DNA of 64,000 bases from a virus (Duplodnaviria; Caudoviricetes): positions 1 through 64,000 of IMG/VR virus record IMGVR_UViG_3300025018_000136; one strand, 5' to 3'. The notes beneath the pieces are model-generated. The model was not told where the DNA came from and made no database searches. It worked only from the letters and a program-made list of their open reading frames with translations. Every line of letters starts with the position of its first letter. Within the stretch, counting starts at the first letter, position 1. A program made the translations under genes and the position numbers. Shown here piece by piece: positions 9,691 to 18,641 of this stretch.

Positions 9691-10084
9691 ATGTGGAATA
9701 GAATTTTTTGATTGTGATAAGGTAGATAAAACATGGGTTGAGGATGGTTCTATGGATTCTGTTAGTCTATTAGATGTCTACCGCTGTCCAAAATGTTTTA
9801 AGGTTATGAATATGAGCTTTGAAGAAGACTATGCGGATGTGTGGGATGAAGAAAAAGGTATGTTCAGATGCGAAAATCACGGGTTGTACTTGTATGATGA
9901 GGGTTGGATGCATACGTGCAAGCTCGGGTGTGTTTATACTCACCGTCATGAGGATGTTCACAACCACTATCTTGATAAACAACTTGTTAGAGAAGCAATC
10001 ATTGAAGAATGCGACGTTCACTGTAGAGAGTGCGAGTTACCCGAAGAGATTAAAGAACGATTATTAAAGAGGTTGAAATTATGA
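9665..10084 (+). CDS. Cys/His-rich hypothetical protein
   Basis: Several CxC/CxxC/CxxH clusters. Confidence 0.55.
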   Translation: MNNISFICECGIEFFDCDKVDKTWVEDGSMDSVSLLDVYRCPKCFKVMNMSFEEDYADVWDEEKGMFRCENHGLYLYDEGWMHTCKLGCVYTHRHEDVHNHYLDKQLVREAIIEECDVHCRECELPEEIKERLLKRLKL

Positions 10085-10992
10085 ATGTTCCATTTATAGA
10101 GAAATATAGACCAACAGAATTAGACGATGTTATAGGTATAAATAAAGATACGTATGAAAATATTATTTCTTCACCTATGGATATGCCAAACCTATTGTTC
10201 TATGGAACACAAGGAACAGGCAAGACAACATTAGCTAAGATATTACTATCCAGATTGTCGCCAGTTGATTTTATTAGGATTAATGGCTCTGATTCTACCG
10301 GTGTAGATACAGTAAGAGATAAAGTATTTAACTTTATGACATCAAAAAGTAGTATTGATGGTAAACCTAAGATTATTTGGATTGAAGAGTTTGACTTTAT
10401 GAGTGCTAGTGCCTTTGCAGCGCTAAGGTCTATGATAGAACAGTATATGAAAAACGCAAGATTCATATGCACAGCAAATTATATTAATAAAATTCCTGAG
10501 CCTATACAAAGTAGGTTTTCATGTGTAGAATTTAAGAAACCATCAACTCTAAAAATCTTCCCTAGAATTAAACAGATTGTTGAGGCTGAGAAGATAGAAA
10601 TTGATGATGATACGCTTACAGAGCTTATAAGTTCCAATAATGGAGATATTAGAGCTTGTATTAATACACTACAAAATTTATCAGCTGAAGGGTCTAGGAT
10701 TACAAAAGAGAAACTTTTAAATAGGAGAAGTGCTATAAGTATTATACACAAACATTTGCTAGATGGCAACTGGTCTGCTATTAGGTTGGAAGTTCCAACC
10801 TTGAATCCGGATTACAATAAAGTATTGGTTGATTTAGACAACCTATTCTTTAATTCAGACTTGACGATTTCTAAAAAAGCAGACTTGAATGACATTCTGG
10901 CTCAAGGGCAGGTTGAGATGGCATTTTCGTTTGATAAAGATATTTGTTTTTCAGCAATAGCCAGTAGGCTCATAAGAGCACTTAAAAAATAA
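10081..10992 (+). CDS. rfcS: Replication factor C small subunit (clamp loader)
   Basis: PFIEKYRP, GTQGTGKTT, INGSD, IQSRF, GDIRACINTLQ. Confidence 0.9.
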   Translation: MNVPFIEKYRPTELDDVIGINKDTYENIISSPMDMPNLLFYGTQGTGKTTLAKILLSRLSPVDFIRINGSDSTGVDTVRDKVFNFMTSKSSIDGKPKIIWIEEFDFMSASAFAALRSMIEQYMKNARFICTANYINKIPEPIQSRFSCVEFKKPSTLKIFPRIKQIVEAEKIEIDDDTLTELISSNNGDIRACINTLQNLSAEGSRITKEKLLNRRSAISIIHKHLLDGNWSAIRLEVPTLNPDYNKVLVDLDNLFFNSDLTISKKADLNDILAQGQVEMAFSFDKDICFSAIASRLIRALKK

Positions 10993-11014
10993 AACGCAGA
11001 ATTAGAGGTAAAAA

Positions 11015-14000
11015 ATGACTACAGTATTTAATGAGAATGGTGCAAAAAGTATTTACTTTACTTTAACAGAGGATTTTGTTAATAAATATAAATGGAAACA
11101 ACCTAATTGGGGGCCTATAGGATATGTCACATATAAAAGAACCTACGCAAGGACTATGTCTAATGGAAAAAGTGAGGAGTATTGGAATACCATTCAGCGT
11201 GTCGTTGAGGGAATATTTACTATTCAGAAGCGTTATTGTTATATAAACAAGCTGCCCTGGAATCAATCTAAGGCACAAAAGAGTGCTCAAAGAATGTTTG
11301 AGTTGATGTGGGACTTTAAATTCACTCCACCAGGTCGTGGATTGTGGATGATGGGAACTGAAGCCATGTATGATAAAGGCAGTGCAGCTCTTATGAATTG
11401 TTTTAGTGGCGACACAGAATTTTATACAGATAAAGGCACAGTTAGATTTGAAGACGTTGTTGGAAATACTGTAAATGTACTAACAAAAGATAGAGAATTT
11501 AAACCAGCAGAAGTTAAAAGTTTTGGAAAACAAAAACTACAACGAACAGTATTTAAACCAGTTGGTTTAAGAAGTAATCATAGAATAGATTATGAAGTTA
11601 CAAAAGACCATAGGTGGATTCTTTCTAATGGAGAAGAAACAACATCCCTAAAAGTTGGAGATAGAGTGCGTTCAACTGTCAAACCATACGATTTCCACAC
11701 AGATATACAAGAAAAAGAGTATAAAAATGGAATTGTTCACGGATTAATGTTTGGAGATGGGTGGAAACACACATACTACCCACATAGATTTATGATTAGA
11801 TTATGCGGAGAAAAGAATTCTGCAGAAAACATAAAAATACTCACTGAGCATCCTGGGTTTATCAGTTCTACTAATCCACCATCATGTGATGGAGATTCTG
11901 TTGTAACAATAATTACAGAAGATATAGATATGAAACAGTTACCATATGATACGTCAATAGAGTATCAAATAGGGTTCGTTGATGGGTGGTTAAAAGCAGA
12001 TTCATGGTTAACTCCAAGCGGAAGCACATCACTCAACACTCAGAATTCAGAAGCTGCAGAATGGTTTATTAAGAATGCTAACATTCTAAATTACAATATT
12101 ACTGGTCATACATTGGATGAACGAGAAACTAATTATGGTAAAAGAAAAAACCCATTACACAGAATACTTCTTACAAAAGAAGATGTAGAATTTGTTGTAG
12201 AATCCATAATAGATGAAGGAAAAATAGAAGAAGTTTATTGTGTAGTAGAACCAGAAACACATACTTTCACTCTTGCTGGAGGACTTCCAACAGGAAATTG
12301 TGCTTTTGCAAGTACAGAAAACATTAATATTGATTTTGCTCAACCATTTATTTTTATGATGGATATGAGTATGCTTGGAGTTGGTGTTGGAAGCGACACC
12401 AGAGGAGCAGGAAAAATAACTATTAAACAACCAAAATTTGATGAAGAAGTTCATGTTGTTCCTGATACACGTGAAGGATGGGTTGATTTGTTAAAAAGAC
12501 TTCTTAATGCTTTTGTTGGTAAAGATACTTTACCTAAATCAGTAGACTACTCACTTGTTCGCCCAGCAGGCGAAATAATTAAGGGTTTCGGTGGTGTGGC
12601 TTCTGGGCCTGGGCCTCTTATTGAGATGTATGAGTCAATCGAGAACCTCTTGAACCTCAGGATTGGTCAAAAGATTACGACAACAGACATTGTAGATATA
12701 CATAACCTAATAGGTAGATGTGTCGTATCTGGAAATATTAGGCGCAGTGCTCAGATTATGTTTGGAGATTATGATGACCAAGCATTCCTTGATTTAAAGA
12801 ACCCAGATGTTAGTAAAGAAGAACTTATGCATCATAGGTGGGCTAGTAATAATTCTGTTTTTGTAAAGCCTGGAGATGATTATTCTAAAGTTGCAGAACT
12901 TACTGCTAAGAATGGAGAGCCAGGATATCTTTGGCTAGATAATAGTAAACAGTATTCTCGTATGAACGGAATAGTTGATAACAAAGATTATCGTGTGATG
13001 GGAACAAATCCTTCAATGCCTGCTGGAACATTGGTGTGTACGACAAAAGGAATATACCCTATAGAAAAATTAGAAGGACAAAAATTCTATGTTAAAAGTA
13101 TAGATGGTTCTATTTCTACAGCTGAATGTTTTAAATCTAAGAACGATAAAGAATTAATAGAAATAGAATTTAATAAAGGGATAAGTGTTAAATGTACAGA
13201 AGAACATCGGTGGCCTATCTACAAAGCACAAAAAAGTGAAGGAACACTAATAAAAACTTATGCTAAAGATTTGGTTGTTGGAGATTTAATTCCGCTATCA
13301 AGAAACGAACCACCTAGAATTACAGATGGAAACAACGACTTAACAATAGATGATGGATTCTTTTTAGGATATTTGCTTGGCGATGGTTGGATTTCTACAA
13401 GAAAATCTGAAAACAATGTTGGAGAAAAGGTGTTGGGTTTTACATTTGGAAAAGATTCTCTTCACTTATCAGATAAAATTCTAAATACGTTAAACGAATT
13501 TGGTAGTAAATGCAATGTAACTATCAACGATAAGGGATATGGAAATATACAAACATCAAACCAATCTGTTATAAAGAAAATAGAAGAAACGTACGGATGG
13601 TGTGGAAAAGACAAGATACCGACAAGTGTGTGGACTTCAAATGATAGATTTATACATGGATTTATAGATGGATTATTAAGTAGTGATGGTTGTGTTAGTA
13701 AAAACACCATAATTTTAGTAACATCAAGAAAGAATTTAGCTAAAGAATTCACAAAATTAATATCTTTTTTTGGTATAAAAAGCTCAATATTAGAAACAAC
13801 AACTACTGGAAACTTTCCAAATAAGAAAGATTATGATAAAACATACACGGTTTATAGAATTAAATTTTCAGGAACACAATTTTTAATGAGTGGATTGACT
13901 ATATCACATAAAGAGAAACAGAACATAAAAAAGGGTTCCTATATACAAAAGTCTAATACTATAAAAAATATTAAACGCATACCAAATGAAGATGTTTGGG

Positions 14001-14950
14001 ATATAACAGTTTACGATGACACTCACGTATTTCCATGTGAATATGTATATACAGGAAATTGCGGAGAGCAACCATTGGAAAATATGGAAATGTGTAACCT
14101 TGTAGAGACTTATCCTGGAAAACACGACACTTTAGCTGAATGGATTGAGACGCTCAAATACGCATATCTATATGCTAAAACAGTGACTTTATTGCCATCG
14201 CATAATGAGATTAGTAATGCTGTAATGATGAGAAATAGACGTATTGGTTGTAGTATGAGTGGTATCACACAAGCGTTTACTAAGTTTGGTAGAAGAGCAA
14301 TGCTTGAAGCTTCAGATAAAGGATATAATAAGATACAAGATTGGGATAAAAAATATTCTGATTGGCTTTGTATTCCTAGAAGTATTAAAGTTACAAGTAT
14401 TAAGCCAAGCGGAACTGTTAGTTTGCTTGGAGGAGTAACTCCAGGAGTCCACTATCCTGTTAGCGAATATTATATTAGAAATATTAGATTTCAAGAAGGG
14501 ACACCTCTATTAGATAAGCTTAGAGAATCTGGCTACAAAGTAGAAAAAGATTCTTATAGTCTTAATACTTGGGTTGTTAGTTTTCCAGTTAAAGAAGAGT
14601 TCTTCGATAGAGCTGTTACAGAAGTATCTATTTGGGAACAACTAGAAAATGCTGCCCAGATTCAAGAATATTGGGCTGACAATCAAGTGAGTGTGACAGT
14701 TAGTTTTAAACCAGAAGAAGCAGAACAAATAAAATATGCTCTTGAAATGTATGAGAGTAGATTGAAAAGTGTTAGTTTCTTACCTCACAAAGAGCATGGT
14801 TATGTTCAAGCACCATATATTCCTATTACAAAAGAAGAATATGAAAAGATGAATAAAGAAATTAGTGATGTTCGCGTCAAAGACAACGTCCACGACCAAG
14901 TTGAGAAATTTTGTGACGGAGATACTTGTCTTGTTGAGATTAAAAAATGA
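11015..14950 (+). CDS. nrdJ: Class II (AdoCbl-dependent) ribonucleotide reductase with two inteins
   Basis: PPGRGLW, SGNIRRSA, GTNP/CGEQ, TSIKPSGTVS, C-terminal CDGDTC. Confidence 0.93.
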   Translation: MTTVFNENGAKSIYFTLTEDFVNKYKWKQPNWGPIGYVTYKRTYARTMSNGKSEEYWNTIQRVVEGIFTIQKRYCYINKLPWNQSKAQKSAQRMFELMWDFKFTPPGRGLWMMGTEAMYDKGSAALMNCFSGDTEFYTDKGTVRFEDVVGNTVNVLTKDREFKPAEVKSFGKQKLQRTVFKPVGLRSNHRIDYEVTKDHRWILSNGEETTSLKVGDRVRSTVKPYDFHTDIQEKEYKNGIVHGLMFGDGWKHTYYPHRFMIRLCGEKNSAENIKILTEHPGFISSTNPPSCDGDSVVTIITEDIDMKQLPYDTSIEYQIGFVDGWLKADSWLTPSGSTSLNTQNSEAAEWFIKNANILNYNITGHTLDERETNYGKRKNPLHRILLTKEDVEFVVESIIDEGKIEEVYCVVEPETHTFTLAGGLPTGNCAFASTENINIDFAQPFIFMMDMSMLGVGVGSDTRGAGKITIKQPKFDEEVHVVPDTREGWVDLLKRLLNAFVGKDTLPKSVDYSLVRPAGEIIKGFGGVASGPGPLIEMYESIENLLNLRIGQKITTTDIVDIHNLIGRCVVSGNIRRSAQIMFGDYDDQAFLDLKNPDVSKEELMHHRWASNNSVFVKPGDDYSKVAELTAKNGEPGYLWLDNSKQYSRMNGIVDNKDYRVMGTNPSMPAGTLVCTTKGIYPIEKLEGQKFYVKSIDGSISTAECFKSKNDKELIEIEFNKGISVKCTEEHRWPIYKAQKSEGTLIKTYAKDLVVGDLIPLSRNEPPRITDGNNDLTIDDGFFLGYLLGDGWISTRKSENNVGEKVLGFTFGKDSLHLSDKILNTLNEFGSKCNVTINDKGYGNIQTSNQSVIKKIEETYGWCGKDKIPTSVWTSNDRFIHGFIDGLLSSDGCVSKNTIILVTSRKNLAKEFTKLISFFGIKSSILETTTTGNFPNKKDYDKTYTVYRIKFSGTQFLMSGLTISHKEKQNIKKGSYIQKSNTIKNIKRIPNEDVWDITVYDDTHVFPCEYVYTGNCGEQPLENMEMCNLVETYPGKHDTLAEWIETLKYAYLYAKTVTLLPSHNEISNAVMMRNRRIGCSMSGITQAFTKFGRRAMLEASDKGYNKIQDWDKKYSDWLCIPRSIKVTSIKPSGTVSLLGGVTPGVHYPVSEYYIRNIRFQEGTPLLDKLRESGYKVEKDSYSLNTWVVSFPVKEEFFDRAVTEVSIWEQLENAAQIQEYWADNQVSVTVSFKPEEAEQIKYALEMYESRLKSVSFLPHKEHGYVQAPYIPITKEEYEKMNKEISDVRVKDNVHDQVEKFCDGDTCLVEIKK
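11399..12298 (+). mobile_element. RNR intein 1 (300 aa, LAGLIDADG)
   Basis: CFSGDT...PTGN followed by Cys; GLMFGDG and GWLKADS motifs. Confidence 0.9.
13013..14059 (+). mobile_element. RNR intein 2 (349 aa, Ser-initiated, LAGLIDADG) at the thiyl-radical Cys
   Basis: GTNP|SMPAGT...YTGN|CGEQ; GYLLGDG and GLLSSDG motifs. Confidence 0.9.
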
Positions 14951-15327
14951 GAATAGCGATTATAGGAAGTAGAGAATATCCAGATAAGGATAAAGTTATT
15001 AGGTTGCTCGATTATTTTGTTGAGCAATATGATGATTTTATTCTTGTTACTGGTGGCGCTAGAGGAGTAGATACTTGGGCAATTGATTATTGCGGAGATA
15101 ATAATATAGATGTTGAAATTATTAGACCACTAAACCCAAACAAAAAAATAGATTATTTGTTTAGGAACGTGGAGATAATTACTAAAGCGGATTTAATAGC
15201 GGCTTTTTGGGATGGTAAAAGTAGTGGTACAAAATTCGTTATAGATTATGCTGTTGGAAGAGGTAATAAGGAGTTGATGGTGTATGAAACTGATATGGAT
15301 AATGGCGGCGTTGATTCTGTTTACTAG
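14947..15327 (+). CDS. SLOG / DUF2493 (YspA-like) nucleotide-binding protein
   Basis: IAIIGSR, VTGGARGVD, AFWDGKSSGT. Confidence 0.75.
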   Translation: MRIAIIGSREYPDKDKVIRLLDYFVEQYDDFILVTGGARGVDTWAIDYCGDNNIDVEIIRPLNPNKKIDYLFRNVEIITKADLIAAFWDGKSSGTKFVIDYAVGRGNKELMVYETDMDNGGVDSVY

Positions 15328-15502
15328 TTGTGTACCAATAGGTAAAGAAGAACACAGTTTCTTTATCGACAACTATACAGATTGTAAATATAAATGTATG
15401 AATGATTATACTAATTACAATTGTTCAAAATACGTTTATGAATGGGTGGAAGTAAATAAGACAGGTAATTGTACATGTAGTGTTGGTGGGTGTTTAATAT
15501 GA
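15284..15502 (+). CDS. Small secreted or lipoprotein-like Cys-rich protein
   Basis: Hydrophobic leader ending LFTSC; multiple Cys. Confidence 0.5.
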   Translation: MKLIWIMAALILFTSCVPIGKEEHSFFIDNYTDCKYKCMNDYTNYNCSKYVYEWVEVNKTGNCTCSVGGCLI

Positions 15503-16461
15503 GTGATGTGTGGAAAGAATTTCTAAAACCAGTAAAGATTAATAAAGACCAACGGACGAAGATTCTTGCTGGTAAAGCTGGTTCTCATGCTGGAAAAGTT
15601 AAATTAATAAGTATCTTTGGTAAGATTCCAGACACTATCTGGGATGTTAAACATACAGAAAAACTTGACATGGGAGAAAGAACTCAACAAAAAGTTTCTA
15701 CTGAGCATCGTAATGATACGCTTAAGACTTTTGATAATTCTACAAGAAATCAGAATGTTAGATGGAAAGGTGCTATAAGTATTTTCCCTAAAGGAATACT
15801 AGACCAGTTACTTGATTTCTACACTGAAAGAGGGGATGTATTCTTTGACCCTTTCGCAGGACACAATTCTAGAATGGAAGCTTCTTTTAGAAAAGGACGA
15901 CATTATATTGGTTATGATTGTAGTCATGATTTTATGGAATTTAATAGGGAAGTAGCCTCAAAACTTCTTAAAGACAACCCAGAAAAGATGACAATTAAGT
16001 TACATGAGAAAGATAGTAGACTTATTGATGACCCAGACAACAGTATAGATTTCATTTTTAGTTCTCCTCCTTACTGGAATATTGAATGGTATGGAGATGA
16101 AAAGGAACAGCTTGGAAATCTTTCATATGAAGATTTTATGAAAGACATTACAGACATCTATGCTCAATGCTATCGTGTTCTTAAGCCTGGAAAATTCTGC
16201 ATCATTAATGTTAATGACTTCAGAAAGGGGGGAGAATACTATAGTTATCACGTTGATACTGTTAACGCTTTAAAAAGCGTTGGTTTCAAACAATACGATA
16301 TGGTTATTATGAAGTATGCTAATGCTATGCGTAAGAGTTTTCCAAACCAGATTTGGGAAGAGAAGCTCATGCCAAAAAGTATAGAATACATTATAGTTAT
16401 GTATAAGCCACCAGAAGGACCTCATAGCGCGGTTTATCCATTCACACCAAAAGAAAAATGA
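15499..16461 (+). CDS. DNA amino-methyltransferase (m6A/m4C)
   Basis: DPFAGH SAM-binding motif followed by FSSPPYW catalytic motif. Confidence 0.85.
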   Translation: MSDVWKEFLKPVKINKDQRTKILAGKAGSHAGKVKLISIFGKIPDTIWDVKHTEKLDMGERTQQKVSTEHRNDTLKTFDNSTRNQNVRWKGAISIFPKGILDQLLDFYTERGDVFFDPFAGHNSRMEASFRKGRHYIGYDCSHDFMEFNREVASKLLKDNPEKMTIKLHEKDSRLIDDPDNSIDFIFSSPPYWNIEWYGDEKEQLGNLSYEDFMKDITDIYAQCYRVLKPGKFCIINVNDFRKGGEYYSYHVDTVNALKSVGFKQYDMVIMKYANAMRKSFPNQIWEEKLMPKSIEYIIVMYKPPEGPHSAVYPFTPKEK

Positions 16462-17090
16462 TAAAGAATGAAGATTATAGGGAAACTGTAAAACATCTTG
16501 GTGAAGTAGATTACGTATTCACTGTGCCACCAGATTTTGATGAACTTGGTCTTAATCCAAAAACTCAATTAAAAGATTATTATGAGTTCATATACGAATT
16601 ATTATATCATATGACTAATTGTTCAGACTTAATAACCATTGCTATCACTGATAGGAAATTTGATGGCGGAATAATTCCTAAGCATATGGTTATCATGGAA
16701 CATATGATTGAACATTTTAAATGGAAATTGTTGTCCCATAAGATTTGGCATAAAAGCCCTAAACGAAATCTTTATAGATTAAATTATACTCATATAATGA
16801 CTTTTTATTGGGGTGAAAAACCAAAACAAACACATCATAATCTTTATGAGTATGATGTTTATATAGATAAAGAAGACAAGTTCCACAAATATCCATATGG
16901 TATAGCTTTAGGCGTTGTTGATAAACTTATTAAGAATTTTCAAGAAGTAGAAGTAGTTTATGACCCATTTATGGGAAGTGGAACTACTGCTGTAGCATGT
17001 GTAATGAATGGAAAACGTTATGTGGGCAGCGAGATTAATAAAGAATATTTTGATTTATCTCAAGCAAGATTAAAACAACAGGTGATATAA
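16458..17090 (+). CDS. MTase-fold protein (beta order) with atypical TVPPD motif
   Basis: DYVFTVPPD in place of SPPY; VYDPFMGSGTT. Confidence 0.7.
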   Translation: MIKNEDYRETVKHLGEVDYVFTVPPDFDELGLNPKTQLKDYYEFIYELLYHMTNCSDLITIAITDRKFDGGIIPKHMVIMEHMIEHFKWKLLSHKIWHKSPKRNLYRLNYTHIMTFYWGEKPKQTHHNLYEYDVYIDKEDKFHKYPYGIALGVVDKLIKNFQEVEVVYDPFMGSGTTAVACVMNGKRYVGSEINKEYFDLSQARLKQQVI

Positions 17091-17094
17091 ATTG

Positions 17095-17502
17095 ATGAAA
17101 ACAGTTGCAGTAAGTGGATATTTTGACCCTCTTCATGTAGGACATCTAGAATACTTTAAGCTGGCAAAACAACTTGGCGATAGACTTGTAGTAATTGTGA
17201 ATAATGATGAACAAGCAAAACTTAAGAAAGGTAAATCTTTTATGTCTGAAGAAGATAGAGTTGCAATTATTAAAGAACTTAAAGTAGTAGACGAAGTGTT
17301 TTTATCTATTGACGACGATTCTTCTGTTTGTAAGTCTTTAACTTTTATACACCCTGAAGTTTTTGCTAATGGGGGAGATAGAAAGAATCACGAAGTTCCA
17401 GAAACACAGGTGTGCAGAGAATTAAATATTGTTATAGTTGATGGTCTCGGAGAAAAAATAAGAAGTAGTTCTGAGATTATCGGAGAAATTAAAAATGAAT
17501 AA
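17095..17502 (+). CDS. HxGH cytidylyl/adenylyltransferase (glycerol-3-P cytidylyltransferase / RfaE / RibL-like)
   Basis: SGYFDPLHVGH, ANGGDR, RSSS. Confidence 0.85.
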   Translation: MKTVAVSGYFDPLHVGHLEYFKLAKQLGDRLVVIVNNDEQAKLKKGKSFMSEEDRVAIIKELKVVDEVFLSIDDDSSVCKSLTFIHPEVFANGGDRKNHEVPETQVCRELNIVIVDGLGEKIRSSSEIIGEIKNE

Positions 17503-17935
17503 ACTTTTTTATATAATTGGAATTGTTGTTTTACTCTCTTTGATGTTTGTTTTTGCATATGATTTCACCATTGTAAATGAAGGGAATGGTTGGTATTCAT
17601 TCCCAGAAGGGAGCAATGTAACAGTTAATGGAGATAGCGTTGATAACTTCATATTTAGCGGAAGTATATGCGCATACGAATATAATAATGTTAGTTATGA
17701 GTGTATGATTGATGCATGGGATGAAATTGTTGTAACTATACCTACAAACTATACATATCTTGTTACAAATCAACTAATAGGAGACTTGATTGGTGAATAT
17801 TGGGATAATTGTGAAAATTGGGGCGTATCACAATTTATTTATTGGTTTAACACGCATTATTATAAAGCAGATATTAACAGCGATGGTTTTTGGAATCTAA
17901 TTGATGTTGGTATGTATGCTCAAAACTACATGTAA
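17495..17935 (+). CDS. Secreted protein with a C-terminal dockerin/EF-hand-like motif
   Basis: Signal peptide; ADINSDGFWNLID. Confidence 0.5.
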   Translation: MNKLFYIIGIVVLLSLMFVFAYDFTIVNEGNGWYSFPEGSNVTVNGDSVDNFIFSGSICAYEYNNVSYECMIDAWDEIVVTIPTNYTYLVTNQLIGDLIGEYWDNCENWGVSQFIYWFNTHYYKADINSDGFWNLIDVGMYAQNYM

Positions 17936-17943
17936 GATATAAA

Positions 17944-18243
17944 ATGGCAAAAACACTAGTAGAAATTTGTAATGCTGAATGGGAAGTTAGAGAGATAAAA
18001 TCTGACACCATAAAACAAAGGATGGGATATGAATGTGACGCCTATACAGATTATGATAACCAAAGAATTTATCTAGCTAGGGAGTTACATCCTCATAGAA
18101 AAGGAGTAGCACTAACTCATGAATTTGGGCACGTTATTCTTGATTTTATTGGAGTTCCAGATGAGCAACACGAAGACCTTATTCGAAAGGTAGAACATTC
18201 ATTATATCAATTAGTTCAACAATTTCCAGAGGTTTATAAATGA
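17944..18243 (+). CDS. HExxH metallopeptidase-like protein (ImmA/IrrE-like)
   Basis: IYL...LTHEFGH. Confidence 0.6.
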   Translation: MAKTLVEICNAEWEVREIKSDTIKQRMGYECDAYTDYDNQRIYLARELHPHRKGVALTHEFGHVILDFIGVPDEQHEDLIRKVEHSLYQLVQQFPEVYK

Positions 18244-18623
18244 ATCTATTAGACCATTTTAAAGCTGTACAAAAAGGTGCTCGCCCACCAGAAGAATTCC
18301 TTCTACAGTTATATAAATGGTTTTCTTCTAAAGAGGGAAATATAGAGGCTATGCAGAAGATAAATAAGAGATTTATGTACGGTAATCGAAACATTTATAT
18401 AACAGAACTTGCATTAAATATAAGTGTAAAGGGTTTTATGCGCTTCCCTAAAAAGCCCAACGAGGGATTGCCAATGTTTTTTCTAGAAGATGCAGCAAAA
18501 CTATATGGTTGGACAATTAGGGAGTTAAAGCAAAATTTTTCTGTTATAGATTTAGAACAACTTAAGATAGAAGTATCTAAACAGTTCGGCTATAGCAAGA
18601 GTGAAATAAAACAACTTCACTAA
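18240..18623 (+). CDS. Hypothetical protein, possible T4 gp62-like clamp-loader small subunit
   Basis: Size and FMRFPKK...KLYGWTIRE pattern; RFC small subunit elsewhere has no obvious large partner; weak resemblance only. Confidence 0.3.
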   Translation: MNLLDHFKAVQKGARPPEEFLLQLYKWFSSKEGNIEAMQKINKRFMYGNRNIYITELALNISVKGFMRFPKKPNEGLPMFFLEDAAKLYGWTIRELKQNFSVIDLEQLKIEVSKQFGYSKSEIKQLH

Positions 18624-18641
18624 TAGACTGCAGGGGTTATA

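Noticed and set aside
4484-10992. Host chromosomal DNA (RadA, PCNA, RFC, IMPDH)
   Set aside because: These genes are contiguous and overlap-coupled with viral-type ORFs, share the promoter style, and no ribosomal or translation genes are present
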